Shown: piece by piece, positions 33,484-34,964 of the stretch | Layout: every line of letters begins with the position of its first letter | Numbering within the stretch: the first letter of the stretch is position 1 | Virus record (IMG/VR): IMGVR_UViG_3300046501_000473 | Length of the DNA stretch: 34,964 bases | From: an uncultured virus (IMG/VR IMGVR_UViG_3300046501_000473) | Taxonomy: Duplodnaviria; Heunggongvirae; Uroviricota; Caudoviricetes | Strand: one strand, 5' to 3' | The notes under the pieces: generated by a model | What the model was told of the DNA's origin: nothing | Databases searched by the model: none | Seen by the model: only the letters and a program-made list of their open reading frames with translations | Made by a program: the position numbers and the translations under genes

Positions 33484-33511
33484 CCTGGTGATATGTGAGC
33501 TTATCGCGGGT
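33484..33511. other. candidate dif/lox-like recombination site overlapping the recombinase-operon promoter
   Basis: CCTGGTGATAT-GTGAGC-TTATCGCGGGT: imperfect inverted arms G(T/C)GATA(T/A) around a 6-bp spacer. Confidence 0.45.
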
Positions 33512-33580
33512 CAGACGGCGTGATCCCTGGGGCGGACCCGACGCACCGTCAATCTCCTTGCATTGAACGTAGATAGACGC

Positions 33581-33609
33581 TGGACGAACGTGGGGCGCCT
33601 CGGTACGGT
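33581..33609 (+). promoter_or_regulatory. candidate promoter for the cassette operon
   Basis: TGGACG-N17-TACGGT, followed by GGTCAC as in P2. Confidence 0.5.
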
Positions 33610-33658
33610 GGTCACGCTAGACCGACATTCATTCTCGTCTGTTACTACGGGGAGCCGT

Positions 33659-34075
33659 ATGCGAATCACCGTCACCATCGACCAGCCCACCGGGGACTTC
33701 CAGGAGCGGCTGCTCGCCCTACTCGCGGAGCACGCCGCCGATGTAGAGGAGGACGCCCACTGGACCATCCCGCGTGCGGAGAGCTACTACCGGTCCCTTC
33801 CCGCCCGGGCCCGACGGATCGTCAAGGAGGCCGTCATCCGGGACGGCTACGTGCCCGCCGACGAGCTCCGCGACGACGAGAACACCAGCCTTCGCGGCCA
33901 CAGCGCCGCCCTCAAGCGAGCTCTCCAGCGCGGCTTCATGTTGGGGCGTTGGCCGGAGGGCATGCAGCTGCCCATCGAGCCCCAGGGCCCCGGTTTCGGC
34001 AAGGTCGCTGGGTACCGGATGCCCGCCGACCTCGTGCAGACCTTCTACACCGCCATCAAGAACACCGAGAAGTGA
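33659..34075 (+). CDS. hypothetical protein (cassette 1)
   Basis: MRITVTIDQPTGDF...KNTEK*; GGGGAG RBS. Confidence 0.8.
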   Translation: MRITVTIDQPTGDFQERLLALLAEHAADVEEDAHWTIPRAESYYRSLPARARRIVKEAVIRDGYVPADELRDDENTSLRGHSAALKRALQRGFMLGRWPEGMQLPIEPQGPGFGKVAGYRMPADLVQTFYTAIKNTEK

Positions 34076-34090
34076 GGACACCGACCATGG
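34063..34090 (+). repeat. 28-bp gene-junction direct repeat, copy 1
   Basis: CACCGAGAAGTGAGGACACCGACCATGG (TEK codons + stop + RBS + ATG). Confidence 0.95.
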
Positions 34091-34485
34091 GCTTCGAGAT
34101 CAACCTGCACTTCCCGCACGTGGATTGGACCGTGCAGATGCCCGCCGTGCCACGGAAGGGCGACAGGCTGGAATTCGCGGATCCCGATATCGGCGACACC
34201 AGTTGGGACGTCACGGAAGTCGCGTACACCGTGTACACGGACGGCACCGAAGGATCCATCAACCTCGCCCTGGACCCGGCCGACGAGGACACCAAGAAGC
34301 GGTCTGATCAGTTCGAGGCCGATCGTCTGGACGCCCTCCGCTCCGGCCGGGTGAACGAACTCCGCGAGTCCATCCGGGCCAACCGGCCCGAGCCGCTGGA
34401 CGATGCTCCCCTCCGTGACGCGGTGGCCCGGCAGGACGCAGCCATGCGCGACAACCAGGAACCGGACAGCGCCACCGAGAAGTGA
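34087..34485 (+). CDS. hypothetical protein (cassette 2)
   Basis: MGFEINLHFPHVDW...PAVPRKGDRLEF...SATEK*. Confidence 0.8.
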   Translation: MGFEINLHFPHVDWTVQMPAVPRKGDRLEFADPDIGDTSWDVTEVAYTVYTDGTEGSINLALDPADEDTKKRSDQFEADRLDALRSGRVNELRESIRANRPEPLDDAPLRDAVARQDAAMRDNQEPDSATEK

Positions 34486-34500
34486 GGACACCGACCATGG
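34473..34500 (+). repeat. 28-bp gene-junction direct repeat, copy 2
   Basis: Identical to 34063-34090; a degenerate third copy AAGTAGGGACACCG lies at 34785-34798. Confidence 0.95.
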
Positions 34501-34790
34501 CAGCAACCTTCCAGATCACCAACGACCGTCGCACGATCGACCTTCGAGTCAGCGGCATTCCCGGCATCCAACTTCCCAACGGGCTTGCCGTACTACCGGT
34601 TGGCGTTCGGATCGACTACGACCGAGCCTCCTACGGCGACCACGTGGAAGTCCGTATCGACGGGCGCGACGGCAATGGGCACCTCGACTTTTACAACCTC
34701 GCGGACCCGAAAGCCTGGCCGACGTGGCTGACCGAACTGGTCGACAAGTACCGACTGGCCGAGCCCATTGCGCCGATCGACGACAAGTAG
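34497..34790 (+). CDS. hypothetical protein (cassette 3)
   Basis: MAATFQITNDRRTIDL...WPTWLTELVDKYR...DDK*. Confidence 0.75.
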   Translation: MAATFQITNDRRTIDLRVSGIPGIQLPNGLAVLPVGVRIDYDRASYGDHVEVRIDGRDGNGHLDFYNLADPKAWPTWLTELVDKYRLAEPIAPIDDK

Positions 34791-34849
34791 GGACACCGGG
34801 AACGGCGGTCCGTAGACGACAGCATCATGGAGTAGCAAAGAACTCATGG

Positions 34850-34886
34850 CGGTGCCCCCGGCTGAGGAAAGCAGCCGGGGGCACCG
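34850..34886. terminator. hairpin between convergent genes
   Basis: CGGTGCCCCCGGCTG / CAGCCGGGGGCACCG, 15-bp stem. Confidence 0.75.
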
Positions 34887-34895
34887 TCGTGCAGG

Positions 34896-34964
34896 CTACT
34901 TCAGACGGACCGTCACCTGGCCGCCCGCGGCTATCTGCTCCGCGAACTGCGTCAGCTCCGGGTC
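34896..34964 (-). CDS. C-terminal end of a gene entering from the right edge
   Basis: ...DPELTQFAEQIAAGGQVTVRLK*, high GC3, stop just before the hairpin. Confidence 0.5.
   Translation of the reverse strand, partial: DPELTQFAEQIAAGGQVTVRLK

Noticed and set aside
33561..33600. LexA/SOS box near GAAC motifs
   Set aside because: Does not match the actinobacterial CGAAC-N4-GTTCG consensus
34063..34500. CRISPR array
   Set aside because: Only two exact repeats, 410 bp apart and separated by a whole gene; no cas genes

Overview
High-GC, Streptomyces-type DNA that looks like the early/replication half of a phage-plasmid (plasmid prophage). No virion or conjugation genes are visible in this window. 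Most of it consists of minus-strand, translationally coupled operons of small phage-like genes: an orphan beta-class amino-methyltransferase, SSB, RusA, DUF5131, an ERF-family annealase, three WhiB-family proteins and a SLOG protein. Plasmid maintenance functions are also present: a ParA with a non-canonical partner and two downstream palindromes, a large HTH replication-initiator candidate with a DciA homologue in the same operon, and an intact Cre/Xer-like tyrosine recombinase with a dif-like site. Five non-routine signals stand out. (1) A cloverleaf-like structured RNA with three UUGGCG/CGCCAA loops lies upstream of the rep candidate. (2) A tyrosine-recombinase homologue lacking most catalytic residues follows a 14-bp inverted repeat and faces the intact recombinase. 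(3) Exact direct repeats at gene boundaries delimit gene cassettes. (4) A palindromic operator overlaps the -35 box of three promoters, with a candidate RHH repressor nearby. (5) A WYL + PP2C operon belongs to that regulon. All family calls come from motif recognition by eye, not from database searches.
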